Of a stretch of 64,000 bases of DNA, positions 22,348 through 34,708 are shown in pieces; position 1 is the first letter of the stretch, and the number at the start of each line of letters is the position of its first letter. Below the pieces are notes generated by a model. The model worked only from the letters and a program-made list of their open reading frames with translations. It made no database searches and was not told the DNA's origin. Both the position numbers and the translations under genes were made by a program. Location of the stretch: contig LSRY02000005.1 in assembly GCA_001643675.2 (NCBI GenBank), forward strand, positions 930,001-994,000, written 5' to 3'. This DNA is from Monocercomonoides exilis PA203 (lineage: Eukaryota; Protista; Preaxostyla).

Positions 22348-22615
22348 GGGGAATAATATGAACTTTCAAATCTTTTTTGCATAAAGCTACAAAAAATTGT
22401 TCCATTGATTGCTTTACAAAAATATATCAGATTTCATAATAAATATGATTTTCATATCTGTTAACAAACATCATTGATATAATAACATTATGTTTTGTGA
22501 CGCCAAACGTATTTCAAAAAATAAACATATTTATTTCAAATTTTCTGATCACAAAAAGTTCTTCGCATATACATAATTTCTCAATGAAAATGTCTGAAGT
22601 CAAATATTTTGTCCC
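22348..22615. mobile_element. MITE family C, diverged copy, 268 bp
   Basis: GGGGAATAATATGAACTTTC...GAAGTCAAATATTTTGTCCC; colinear with 21655-21921; TSD degenerate (AGTT/AAAT). Confidence 0.8.
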
Positions 22616-22871
22616 AAATGATCAAAAATATATTAAAAATTTCTTTGATTTTCATCAAAAACTAAAATTGGAACAAAAAAATATTAGGACTGTCAAAAAA
22701 TAGTCAAATATATAAATAAATGTTTGCCTTTTTAATTTTGATCATCTATTTCTTCTGTTTTAATGAACAAAAAAAAAAAAATAACCGGGTTTGTGAAAAT
22801 GTTCGGGTTTATAAATCACCCTTCAAATCAATTATTTTTTAACTATTTTTTTCATTTTTTTGTGACAATTA

Positions 22872-23759
22872 CACCAAAAATAATTCAAATTCGAAAAAGA
22901 ATAATTCAATTTCGTAATTAATAATTCGAATTCGAAAATTAATAATTTGAATTCGGAATTAATATTTCAATTTCGAAAATAAATAATTCAAATTCGGAAT
23001 TAATATTTCAATTTCGAAAATAAATAATTCGATTTCGGAATTAATAATTCAAAATCGAAAAAAAAATAATTCGAATTCGGAATTAATAATTCAATTTCGT
23101 AGTTTATTAATTCGATTTCGGAAAAAGAATAATTCAATTTCGAAACGTAAATTTTTTTGATTTGTGGAATGAATAACTTGTGTTTGGGGTTTTAAATTCT
23201 TTAAATTTTTATCTCATCAGCAAATTTTGTTTATCAATATTTGAAAAATGATGCATTTTCATAAAAATATTTTCTTTCATTTTGAATGAAGATTTATTGA
23301 TTGAAGTTAATTTGAAATGGAAATAAATACATTTTCATGTTTAAAACCGATATTATCCAAAATTTTGCCAATGAAACAATCACATTATTGTGAAGAAATA
23401 ATTCAATAATCGTGATAAAATTTTTTTTTAATTTTTATTTGGTAATTCTATAGAATGAATTTTTATTAAATTATTATTATTTAAGTGATGATTTTCGAAA
23501 ATGAAAAAAAATTTTAAAAAATTGATTTATTGATTGTTGCAATAAAAAAAACAGTTTTCTATAAGAAATAAAATATGATTGGTTAAAAAATAACTTGAAC
23601 TTTTCTGAAATCCATTCTCGAGAAAAATTAAAAATTTCAGTTTTTAATGAATTTCGAAATTGAATTATTAATTTTCGAAATTGAAAAATTAATTCCGAAT
23701 TCAAATTATTAATTTTCGAAATTGAATTATTTTTTTTCGAATTAGAATTATTTTTGGTG
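22872..23759. mobile_element. MITE family A, second copy, 888 bp
   Basis: Same TIRs, TA flanks and core as 3408-4377; differs mainly in the number of subterminal repeat units. Confidence 0.88.
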
Positions 23760-23778
23760 TAATTGTCACAAAAAAATA

Positions 23779-25088
23779 CACCAAATATATTTTAATTTGG
23801 AAAATAATAATACATTTTCGATTTTAAAAATAAATTTTCGTATATTTATAGTTCAATTTCGTTATTAGTTAATTCGATTTTGAAAAAGGAAAAATCAATT
23901 TCGAAACAAAAAATTTTTTGAATTGAGGAATGAATAACTAGTGTTTCGGAGTTAAAATTCTCTTAATTTTTATCTCATCTATTCAGTTTGTTAATTAATA
24001 TTCGAAAATTGATGCATATTCATGAACAAAAATATTTTTTTTCATTTTTTTTCATTTTTTTTTTGAAAACAAATTAAATTTTCAGTTTATTAAAAAAGAA
24101 AATGAATTCATTCACATGGGTAATAATTTTTGATAGAATAATTTTGTCATTCAATACTTTCAGCTCAAAAATATTCCTTGAATATCAACAAATGAACATT
24201 GAAAAATGAAAAGGCTTATTGAAGTAATCGTCGTTTTTGTTTGAGCTTGAACAATTATTATTTATGCAGTCGTTATGAAAAAAGCATTTGAATACATAAC
24301 TCTTCCCAAAAGCAAACAAACTTTGAAAAAACAACACCCCGAAAAAAGTTATGATTTCAAAGATAATCAAACACATTTTAAAAAAAATTGAAGTTTTACA
24401 TAATTTCGCCAAAGAGACTCAATAATAATTATTTGTGAAACAATTCTTGTTTTTTGTTATTCAATAAATGTGATGAAAATATTATTATTATTATTTGGTT
24501 TTTCAATAGAATGAAATATCTTTTTAAATTTTTCTCATCAAAGAAATGATTTTTGATTTTATTTTTAAAAAAAACTTCATAATACTAATTTATTGATTGT
24601 CTCAATTAAAAAAAACAGTTATTTGAGAGATAATATTTGATTAATCAGAAAAATATTTCGATACTTACAGAAATACATTCTCAAGATAAATTAAAAATTT
24701 CAGTTATTAATGAATTTAGAAATTGAAATATTGTTTTTCGAAATCGATTTATTCTTTTTCGAAATCGAATAAATAAATTACGAAATTGAATTGTGTGTTT
24801 ATTTTTGATATCAAATTTTTTCGATCAAAATTTTCGGAAAAAATTTGTATTGTGAATTATGAAATAAATCCCAATATATTATCTTCCATTTGCTTAAAAT
24901 TTTGATATGAACAAATCTCAAACATTGGCAAAAAAAAAAAAAAAAAAAATTGAAAAACATTTTTCATTTGAAAAAATATTTTTCGTCAAAGACGAACAAC
25001 TTTTAAAATTTTCCATTCCTTGAAAAAAGTTATGATTTCATAAATAATCACCCAATTATTAATATTCGAAAATGAATTATTTTTGGTG
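23779..25088. mobile_element. MITE family A, old degenerate copy with internal insertions
   Basis: Starts TA|CACCAAATAT. Core is homologous to family A at 23880-24115 and 24400-24790. Probable right end GAATTATTTTTGGTG at 25074-25088. Confidence 0.6.
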
Positions 25089-25274
25089 AACCCGTTGAAA
25101 GAATGGACTGATTTCTGCAAAACATTAAGAAAAAGTTATTCTTCAAGTTATTCATAAGAATAATAATGAATGCATTAAAAAAAAAAAAAAAAAAAAAAAA
25201 ACATTACATAATCTTTAATAATCTTTTATCAAACTTCCCATAACTTTACTGCGTTTATTTATAATTTTTTTTTT

Positions 25275-28200
25275 ATGCTTTTATTTGCGCTTATATGTAT
25301 TTTGGAGCACATATTCGGAGCTAACACTGACATAAATGTGGAATACATCAATGCCATTGAACAGCAGAAACAAAAACATTTGAATGAACTACAAATTTCG
25401 AAACACACAATGTTGTCTTTTCTACAGAATAATAAACACTTTTCTCAATCAGATTTGATGAAGAAAACAAAGAACATAAAAGACAATAGTGAAAACGAGA
25501 AATTGAAAAAAGAGAAAACTTTCATTCATGGAAGTTTTGAAGAAAAGAACTCATCAATAGAATTGAAAGCAATTAGCCTTTACCAGTCAAACAGAAACAG
25601 TTTATTTCTTGTTGATTCACTCTCAAGTGCCAAAATCGAAGATTGCCAAATTTTCATTGAAAAAAGTCAAGGGAAATGGATTGTGGAGAATTTTGGAGGA
25701 AGAACTGTGTTTTCAAATGTTTCGCTTGTTCCTGAGAAATTAAAGGCTTTTGTTCACTGCATTCAGCATGATCGGAGGCCAAAAAACTGTTTTGAAGGCT
25801 TTTCCTCTTTGGAATTGAACTTCTGCCATTTCTCCTCATTTTGTGTTGAAGGAACCCAACCATTTGTTGGAAGCTCTGATTCACAGAGAGTGTTTGTGAG
25901 TGGATGTGCATTCGAGAATGTTTCGCATTCAAATGTAAAACAAAATGTTTGTCCACAAAGCATGAAAAGAAACATGCCTGGAGGAGAATGCTTGGTGACA
26001 AACAGCCAGTTTTCTTTTGTGGACAATGCATATTATGGAAGCATATTTGAAGGACTGACGATGCGAAGCGGAATGTTTGGGGAATTCAACAGCTCATTTG
26101 AGAAAAGCACAAAAACAGAAATAAATAGGTATGTTAAAAGAAGTGGAAACACAAAAATTGAAGATTGCATTTTTACAGATCTCAGGGGAGACTTTGGAGG
26201 AGCCGTAGATCACGTTTCAAGTGGATCAGCCACAATAACAAGAAGTGATTTTGTGGTATGTCCATTTGTTAATTTGAATTAATAAGCCTTTTTTTTGCTT
26301 TCATTTTCTCTTTTTGTGAAATTTTGTTCACTCTTTTAGAGATGTTGGAGTTCCAAAGGAGATGGAGCAATGCGTTTGTGGTCTGGAGCACAGAATGTCA
26401 CAAACTGCTCATTCACATTTTGCTGGTCAAACGGAAACACAGGAGGAGCGACATTTCTATATGCATCACCAGGAAAATATATTGGAGTGAACTTTTCTTC
26501 CTGTTGGGATGTTCATGGAGGAAATTGTGCTCACTTCAGAAACAGCCAATCACCACTTTTCGAGTCGTGTTGCTTTGTGAATGGAACGACAACAGGTTAT
26601 GCCAGTGGAGGTGCTTTGCTGTGTTTTGGTTCTGCTGTATCAACCATAACGAACTGCCTATTCAAAAACAACACAAGAATCCAAACGAAAGGAGGAGGAT
26701 TTTTCTGTGCAATTTGCGAAAATAATTATGCCTCAAAATTTTCCTTATCATACAGTTTGTTTGACAACAATTCTGCAACTGAAGGGCACGATTTCTATGC
26801 ATCATCCCAATATGCGAGTGTGATAAACTCCGATTGCTTTGTGGGGTGCCGTTCGCTTTCATCGAATTTGACAAGTCGAAGAGTAGTGATTGAAGGAGGG
26901 TCAGCGAGTGATGACTGGATTCCTTTGTTTGTTGGAAAAGTGCATGCAAACAGTGGAAATGGAACAGATGAGTGGATATGTGGCACAGCTGACAGACCTT
27001 GCAAAACATTGAACCATTCGCTGTGGATGTCTGATGTGAGGAGAGAAATGCAAGAGTTTGTACTTGGAGAAGGCGTATATGGGGATACTGAGCTGGCAGT
27101 GGATGCAATGGGGATGAAGTTCGAAGGCTGTGGGGCAAGTTCGACAAGCATGGAGCCAAGAGCGGAGGGAGGTGCTGGGATGAAGATCACAAGTGGAAAG
27201 CTGATTGTTGAAAAGATATGCCTGGTTCACAATTCTGGATTGTGGAAAGGATCACATCTGCTCAAGATTGAAGGAAGGGCAGGAGTTGCAGAGCTTCGAG
27301 ATGCAGTGTTGAGGAGAGAAAGAAGTGCAGAAGGTGATGAGCAAGCAGAAGTGTTTGAGAAGAGTGTCATTGAGATTAGCGATGGAGAATTGATATGCAA
27401 TAATGTTTCAATGAAATGGATGAAGAGCAAACAGGAGCTGGTGAGAATTGGAATAGCTGGAACTGCAAGGATTGAAGCGAGCACATTTTTGGAGATTGAA
27501 CGAAGTGAAGGAGATGGAAGTGTATTTTGTGGGGTTGTGGAGGATGGAAAGGAACTGGAGCTAAATGGTGTTTCATTTGAATATTGCAGATGTTTGAGAG
27601 GGAGTGGTGGTGCATTGTGGTTGGAGATGAAGATGGGAAGCAGAGTGGGGATTGGGAACACGACTAACTCTGATGAGAAGACGATGTTTGAGTCGTGCAG
27701 TGCAGGAGGATCAGAAACAAGAGAGAATGGTGGTAGAGGATATGGAGGAGGAGTGTATTTATATGTCTGCGAGGGGATGAGAGACTTTGTGGTGAAAAAT
27801 GCTGGATTTTTGAATTGTGAGGCGAGGGCTGGGAAGAACATGTTTGTGCTTGCACCGAAGCTGAACGATTGCGTGACAGTGGATTCATTTATGTTCGATG
27901 TTGTGAATTGGAGCAATGATAGAAATGGATTTGTGGGGAGTGATTGTGTGTTCACAGAAACTAATTTGTTGCGCTTTGTTATTCTGTTCAAAGGCAGAAC
28001 TGTGCATGTGGCAGAAGACGGATTTGATGTGATGAGATGTGGGAGCGTTGAAGATCCGTGCATGAGCTTGTGGCAAGGGCTGATGCATGTTGAGGATTGT
28101 GAAGAAGAGAGAATGATCGAGATTATGAAGAAGGCGATGATTGACGACAGACTTGATGTGTCTGGAATAAAGATCGAGGCACATGAAGGAACATTGATTG

Positions 28201-31200
28201 AGAGGGATGCGAAGGCAACAATTGTTGTTGAAGTGAAGCAGAGGATGGAAGGTGTGGGGCTGGTGAACAGCAAGAAGGCGGGATTTGAAGGGATCCGATT
28301 TGAAGTTGAGATAGTTGAAGAGTGCTTGAATACAACAATAATAGCAAACAATAAAGGAGTTCTGTCACTCACAAGATGCGCATTGAGCATTAAAGAGAAT
28401 GAATTCGTTGGAGAGATTGTTTTTGTCCACCTGATAAAAGGAGAGTTGAAGGGAAAGGGAATTGAGATGGAAAGCGAAAGTGTGTGCAATGGGATGTTTG
28501 TTGTTGAGAGTGGGTGCAGATGCATTGCGGAAGAACTGAAAGTGGAAGGATGCAAAGTGAAAAGTGGGGCATTGATATGTGTGAGAGTTGGGATGGAAGC
28601 AGGGGAAAGAAAAGGGAATATTGACGATCAAGAGGCAGGGATTGGGATTGCGAACTCGAGCATTGGGTGGGTGGATGGAGAAGGGAGTGATGCGGTTGTG
28701 GTGAAGAGCGAGGGAGAGGTGAGTGTTGGGGCAGAGGTGAATGGAACGAAAGTGGAGGGGTGCAAATGTGGAAGAAGCACAAAAGGAGGAGGGGTGTGTT
28801 GGCAGATGAGTGCTGGGGGCTGGCTCCGTGTGAGTGAATGCAGCGTGGTGCAGTGTGGATGCTCTGGGATCAGTGGGCGTGGAGGAGGTGTATATGTTGG
28901 AGCAGAGGTTGACGGGGTGTTGGACTTTGTGTTTGAGGGAGACAAGTTCGAAGGGAACACAGCATATATTGGGAGGCACATTTTTGTTGCTTGCCACAAC
29001 ATCTCTTCACAGATCAACGAAACACAATTTGTGATGGATTTGAGAGGCATTTCTGGGCAGGCGCACATGATATCAGGGTCAGATACAACAGATCACAGGG
29101 AAGATACAGACTTGATGCCGTTCATCACGATATATCAGTCATCGACGATCTTTGTGAGCTCTGGAGGAGCAAAAGGCGGGGAGAACAACAGACAGTGTGG
29201 GAAAGAAGACAAGTGCTGTGAAACGCTGGGATATGGGCTGACGCACATTGTGCACGAGTATGGAACGCGAGTTGTGGTGGATGAAGCAAGTGAAGTGGAA
29301 ACAGAGATCAAGCTGGAGAATCTCACGCTGCTGGCAAAGGGAAGCAGGGCAACAGTTGGAATGAGCAGACTGGAGAGGAAAGAGAAGGGTTGTGTTGTGG
29401 AGTGCAAGGGGAATGTGAGTGTGGAGAGAATCAGCTTTGAGATTCCAGAAGTCTTTCCAACAGAACACGAGCAGATATTTTGTGTGGAGGAGGGAACACT
29501 TTCAATGAGTGAATGTTGGGTGAAGCCAGCAGAAGGATGCAATGTGTGCAGAATGTCAACGCTGATGCATGGAGAAAGATCGTCAGTCACAATAACAGGA
29601 TTAATTGTTTCACAGTTTGCATGTGTTTCGCTTGTTGAATGTGTTGAGTGTGAGGTGAAGTTATCAGAAGTTGCTGTGGAGCAAGGTGAGAGCAGGAATG
29701 GGTTGTTTTTCTTGAGGAATGGAGAGATGAATGTGAAGGAACTTGATGTGGTGGATGTGAGAATTGAGAATGGGCCTGCTGTCAACATGTTGAGAGAAGG
29801 TGGAAATGAGAATAATGGAATGTTACCAGATGAGAAGAGAAGGAAGCAGCTGAGAGGTGATGAGAAAAGAATGGATGTGATGTTATCGAAGTTCAGCAAC
29901 ATTAGCAGAACAAGTGAAGGAGCGTGCGGAGTGGAATGTGAAGGTGGAGAAGGGGAGATTGTGTTGCAAAACTGTTCGTTTGCAGGATGTGAGTCAAGAA
30001 GCACCCGGGGGATTGAAGCCTCTTTTGATAAGTGCACGAGCTTGAGCTTGGACTCATGCATGTTTGTGGGTGCTATTGAGGGAAATGAACAAACGAAAGA
30101 AAAAGAGGGATTTGAGAGAGAAGAAATATGCAGATGGAATGGCTCTGTTGTGGATGTTGAAGAGAGCGTTGTGAGCATGAAAGATGTGTCAGTTTCAAAC
30201 TCATCATTGGGTGGACTGACGGTGAAGGGAGGGAGCGTTCAGATCTATGCAGGGTATTTCTGGAATAATGGTCCAAGATTTGCAGGGTATTCTTCACTTC
30301 GGCGAAATGTGATGTGTTCAGGAGACGGAGAAATGAATGTGATGAGCTTGAAAGGTGGTGATGGAGCGAAAGACAATTCATCGATGTGGATTCAATCGGA
30401 TGAGTGCAAAATGTGGGGAATTGTCGATGAAAGACCATCAGTCTTTTTCATTCCCATTTTGGAAGGAGTGGAAGCAGAAGAAAAGGATGGCAAAATTGTG
30501 TTTCTATTCAAGGGCGCACTTTTGATCCCGTGCAATCTATCGTTTGAGGTGATATCGAATGCAGCTGGCGTTGACTCAATTGTGAAATGTGAGTTTTTGG
30601 AAGAGGGCTTTGTTGATGAAAACGAGACAATAGGGTTGGTTGGAGTGCATGAGATTGGGTGGGGAATGGAGGAAGCAGAAATATCTGTTGGAATAACATT
30701 TGGCGATTTGTTGAAATCACACAGTACTTCACACGTTATTGTGAAGAACAAAACAGAACTTCAGCAAAATGCAGATGTGAACATTGTGAAAGGAGGAGAG
30801 AAAGAGAAAACATTGTGGCCAATTATTGTTATTGTCCTTGTTGTCACATTGTTGATCGTTCTGATTGTTTCGATAATATTGGCTGTAAGATGGAGAAAGG
30901 CAAAGAATGAGGCAGAAGATTTGAGAGTGATTGTGAACGATACAGTGAAAAAGGATCTGAAACTGATTGAGATGGTGACGATGGAGATGTCGCCAGAAGA
31001 GCAGTGGAAGAGAGCTGAAAGAGAGGCTGAGAAGAGTAATGAAGAGAGGATAAAGAAAAGAGTATATGAGAAAAGTTTGGGACACTCTGAGTCATCAGAG
31101 CATTTGCTGAGTGAAAGTGGATCAACTGAATATATATTGGGAAGGGATTCAGATAGAATTCCTGATTGGGCATTAGAGAAGGTTGAAGAAGATGAAGAGA

Positions 31201-32249
31201 CAAGAAAGAGAACTCCATCACCATCCATCTCATCCACTTCTACCACAGATACAGATACAACTTTTATCCGACCAGAGAGTATGTGTCCGACCACCTCGTC
31301 GATGTCAAATCTAGTGGATGCAATGGCATGTTCATCTCCACACGAGAAACTGATTGTGGATTTGAGGGATTCTTTGTTCATGTTGTTGCATGGAAGGAAC
31401 GAGAAAAAGGAGATGGCGATTGGCTCATTGAAAGAGAGGGAGCAGACAGCTGCCCAAATCTTGTTCTGGGTGGCTAATCTCGCCCTTCATTCATTTGATG
31501 AAATGGAAAACAAGCTTCAGTCATTGTCCAGTCTGAGTCCTCACATTGTTCTGTTCTCTGAGCATATGGTGATCTGCATTGTGATGCATTCTGACTTCTT
31601 GTCGGATGATGATTCAGATTCCTCATCAATTTCTTCATCAACAGTTGTGACATCTGACAGTGGTGGTGATGATGATGATGACTCTCTGCCCTCATCAGCC
31701 TTTGAGGATGAGGATGACTTCAGAAAAGAGTGTCTGAGGTGGAAAGCACCTGAGCTGCAGATAAACATGAAGATGGGTGCAACAAAGGAGTCGGTGGCAT
31801 TCTCTATTGGGATGATGCTGTGGGAATGCTTGACTCTTCAGATCCCGTTTGGAGAGTATCCAGCAGAGGTGGCAGGGCAGAAGATCGCGAATGGAGAGAG
31901 ACCAAGTGAAAAGTCAATGGAAGAAAGTGGATTAGGAGAGCTTGTGAAAAGCTGCTGGCAATCACAACACTCTTTTCGTATTTCTGTTGATGATTTGAAA
32001 AGGGAACTTTTTATGCATTTTCCCGCCGGAGCAATGATTCTAACGATGTCAGATGCAATTGACGATGAGGATGTTACAGAAGAGGAAATTTTTAAAACGA
32101 GCGATGAAGTGCGATTAATCTCGGAATCGCAAGAAACATTTTCAGGGAATTCATCGAAAAAAGGGAAAGAGAAAAGAAAGCAACTTGATCAGAAGAAGAA
32201 AGAAAAGACAAGAGAAACAGAAAAAGTACAAATGAAGATTATTACATGA
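25275..32249 (+). CDS. ~2296-aa receptor-like surface protein: 3 CG..PC modules, TM, degenerate TKL-like pseudokinase tail
   Basis: ORFs 25275-26282 and 26370-32249 join through a phase-0 GT-AG intron 26256-26339 (..RSDFV|RCWSSKGDGAM..). Signal peptide MLLFALICIL. Modules CGTADRPC, CGSVEDPC, CGKEDKCC. Paralog of 11797-19767. Confidence 0.92.
30960..31885. repeat. Arm B of the ~925-bp coding inverted repeat (partner 12065-12990)
   Basis: Reverse-complement match. Two synonymous mismatches near 30992-30998, otherwise identical by eye. Confidence 0.95.
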
Positions 32250-33161
32250 GATGGGATTAAATGAGAAGTGAATTTAGAATGCAAAAGAAACATTTTCACC
32301 GTTTTCAAAGTAAAGATGGAAAATGTTTTGAAGTCATTTTGCAGTTATCCGAAATTTTATTTTTACAAATAAATGAAGCATATTTGAAAGATAAATAACT
32401 TTGTAATATTTGTTTATTTCAAAAACATAAAGCTTGTTAACTATTTTTAACATAATCTATTTATTTTTTTAATTGTGTTCCGACCAAAATAAATGCCCGT
32501 GTTATAAAATCACCATAAATTATTGTACTCCTTCAAATTATAAATCAAAAACTACACTCATTTTTAGCGCAAAGCGATTCTTAAATTTTCAATTTCTTGA
32601 ATAAAACAGAATTTAACGATTTCAATCTAAATATGCTTCAGCTGTATTGCTCAAATAATTCACAGTATCAGAATAATCAGGCGATTTGCTAAGGCCAGGA
32701 ATGAAACCTGTGTATTAATGTGCATTGAGCGTATCAGCAAGGACTGACAATGGAAGAGAAAGAGAGGGCGATGAATGAACACGAACAAGAGACCTGCAAT
32801 GCATACAACGCTCGCTTAATGGAATTATTGCTGTTTTGAAGAAAATGAGAGAAAAAAATTATGATAAAGCACATATTGGAAGAAATTAAACACGAATAAA
32901 AATTAGAGAGACATTCGTTCGTAAGTTAAAACTTCATATTTGCAAGAATAACAACAAAAATCACTATCTCTTTTTGTCTCAATGCAAAGCAATGCAATGA
33001 AAAAAAAAAAAAAAAATCCCAAATAAAAAAAGTTTCCCGATTAATAACTGCACCTAATCATATGATGGTAGGATTACACACATTGGTACAATATATTACT
33101 ATTCCAATATAAAAGTTAGAAGAATATTTGTCCAAACTTTTCTTTAAACAACAATAATAAT

Positions 33162-34488
33162 TCAAAGACTAAATCTTGTTGAGCTTTTCTTTGAAAATGT
33201 TGTTTTTGAATTCTTTGTCCAGATTTTGAACAATGATGATTGGTAATCGAACAAGCCTTCTTCTTCTATTTCATCATTAATTTCCTTTTCAATAATCTTC
33301 CATTTCTCCATCTCGAGCAATATTTCACTTTTTGCCGCTGTTCTGCAGAACATTTCCTCATAGCATTCTTTCAATTCATCAAAAGCCAAATCAGAAGATT
33401 CTTCAAGTGAACTGAATTTCCTACAAATTGTAGAAACACATTCACACTCTCTTAATACTGACATCTCATTTATTGAACACCACAAAAAGATATCTTTATA
33501 AATTCCGTACAGTTGAATTCGCACATTCAAAAACTTTTCATTCCTTTCGCATATTATTTTGTTGAACAAATGCAATAAATTTCTATGTTTGCAGAGGGCC
33601 GATATCCAATATTGATCCACGAATTCTATACTTCTAAATAGTTGAATCCAGCTATTTAAAAAAAATTCTGTTGCAACCTGCGAATATCCAGTTGGAAAAA
33701 AACATTGAAAGCTGTAGTTTCTTTCTTCATATTTAATGAATTCGTTTTCCATATCCATCAAAAAATCAATGTTCTTCAGAATTATCTCTGTTTCACCATA
33801 TTCAATCCAACGAGCTTTCCATATAATCATCCAAGCCATACAAAGCGCAATTGGAGTCAGATATTGCTGCTCACGGTTCTTTTTAATTACCATTGAAACC
33901 GTTGAATGAAACGGCAAAGTTTGAGAAAACTCTATGCATTCTATAAATTTCAAAGAAGAATGGAAATTTTTATAAAAAAATTTACATACCTCGCATGTTA
34001 AAAACCCGAAGTGCGATCAAAGCATTTTCAATCCTTTCTTTTTCCACTTCTGTTTCTCCTGAAAGTTGAATTTCCTTCAGAAGCAAAGGAATGCAAAATA
34101 ATCGTAAAGCGTCAGAATTTGTTTTTTCTGGATCATGAAGCAAGAGATTCAGTTCTACCATATGTAAATCATACAAATCAAGTGCTTTCTCCATTTTACA
34201 CTCTAAATTTTCAACAAACATTTGAAGGGCATTTCTTAATTGGTGTGAGTGAACTTTCAATGATAAATATGATATTTTATCCAAAATGTGCAAAAGCACA
34301 ACTTCCGTAATAACTCTGTGCAACTGACAAATTAGCTCTGGCGTTGTTGTAATTTGCTCAACAATAATGTCAAAAAGTTCTTTCATGCAATTTTCATCAT
34401 TTAAGTTTTGAAGAAAAGCAATTCTCTTTTCATTTATTTGTTCTGTTGCAATAGGTTTTTCTGTTAAAAAATTGTCTTCATTTATCAT
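33162..34488 (-). CDS. ~425-aa alpha-helical (ARM-like) protein of a lineage-expanded hypothetical family
   Basis: Two ORFs joined by intron 33941-33989 (..NMR|ECIEF..). Motifs CIPLLLK..E.ALIAL, LT.IA...AW and C-terminal EIEEEG..D resemble a large Monocercomonoides hypothetical family as I recall it. Confidence 0.8.
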
Positions 34489-34708
34489 TGAGAAAATAGC
34501 TTCAATTAATTTTTCTTAATTCTGAAAAATTCTAAACATTATCTCTCTGATTGTTTTTTGTGGTTTGATCAAGTCATTTATCATTTTTTTAATGAAAAAT
34601 TGAGTAAAAAAATTTTTTACACAATTTTCATAAATTTATTTTTTCACCAAACATACAGAAAAATCATTTTAATTTTATTTTAACATTTTATATTGCATTT
34701 AGAGCAAA

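Noticed and set aside
12065-31885. Diversity-generating retroelement (template/variable repeat pair)
   Set aside because: The repeat copies are identical rather than adenine-mutated, lie in the constant tail, and there is no reverse transcriptase in the window.
32620-32840. GC-richer patch downstream of the third receptor gene as an ncRNA or SECIS
   Set aside because: No recognisable structure or box motifs by eye and only short reading frames; cannot be supported.
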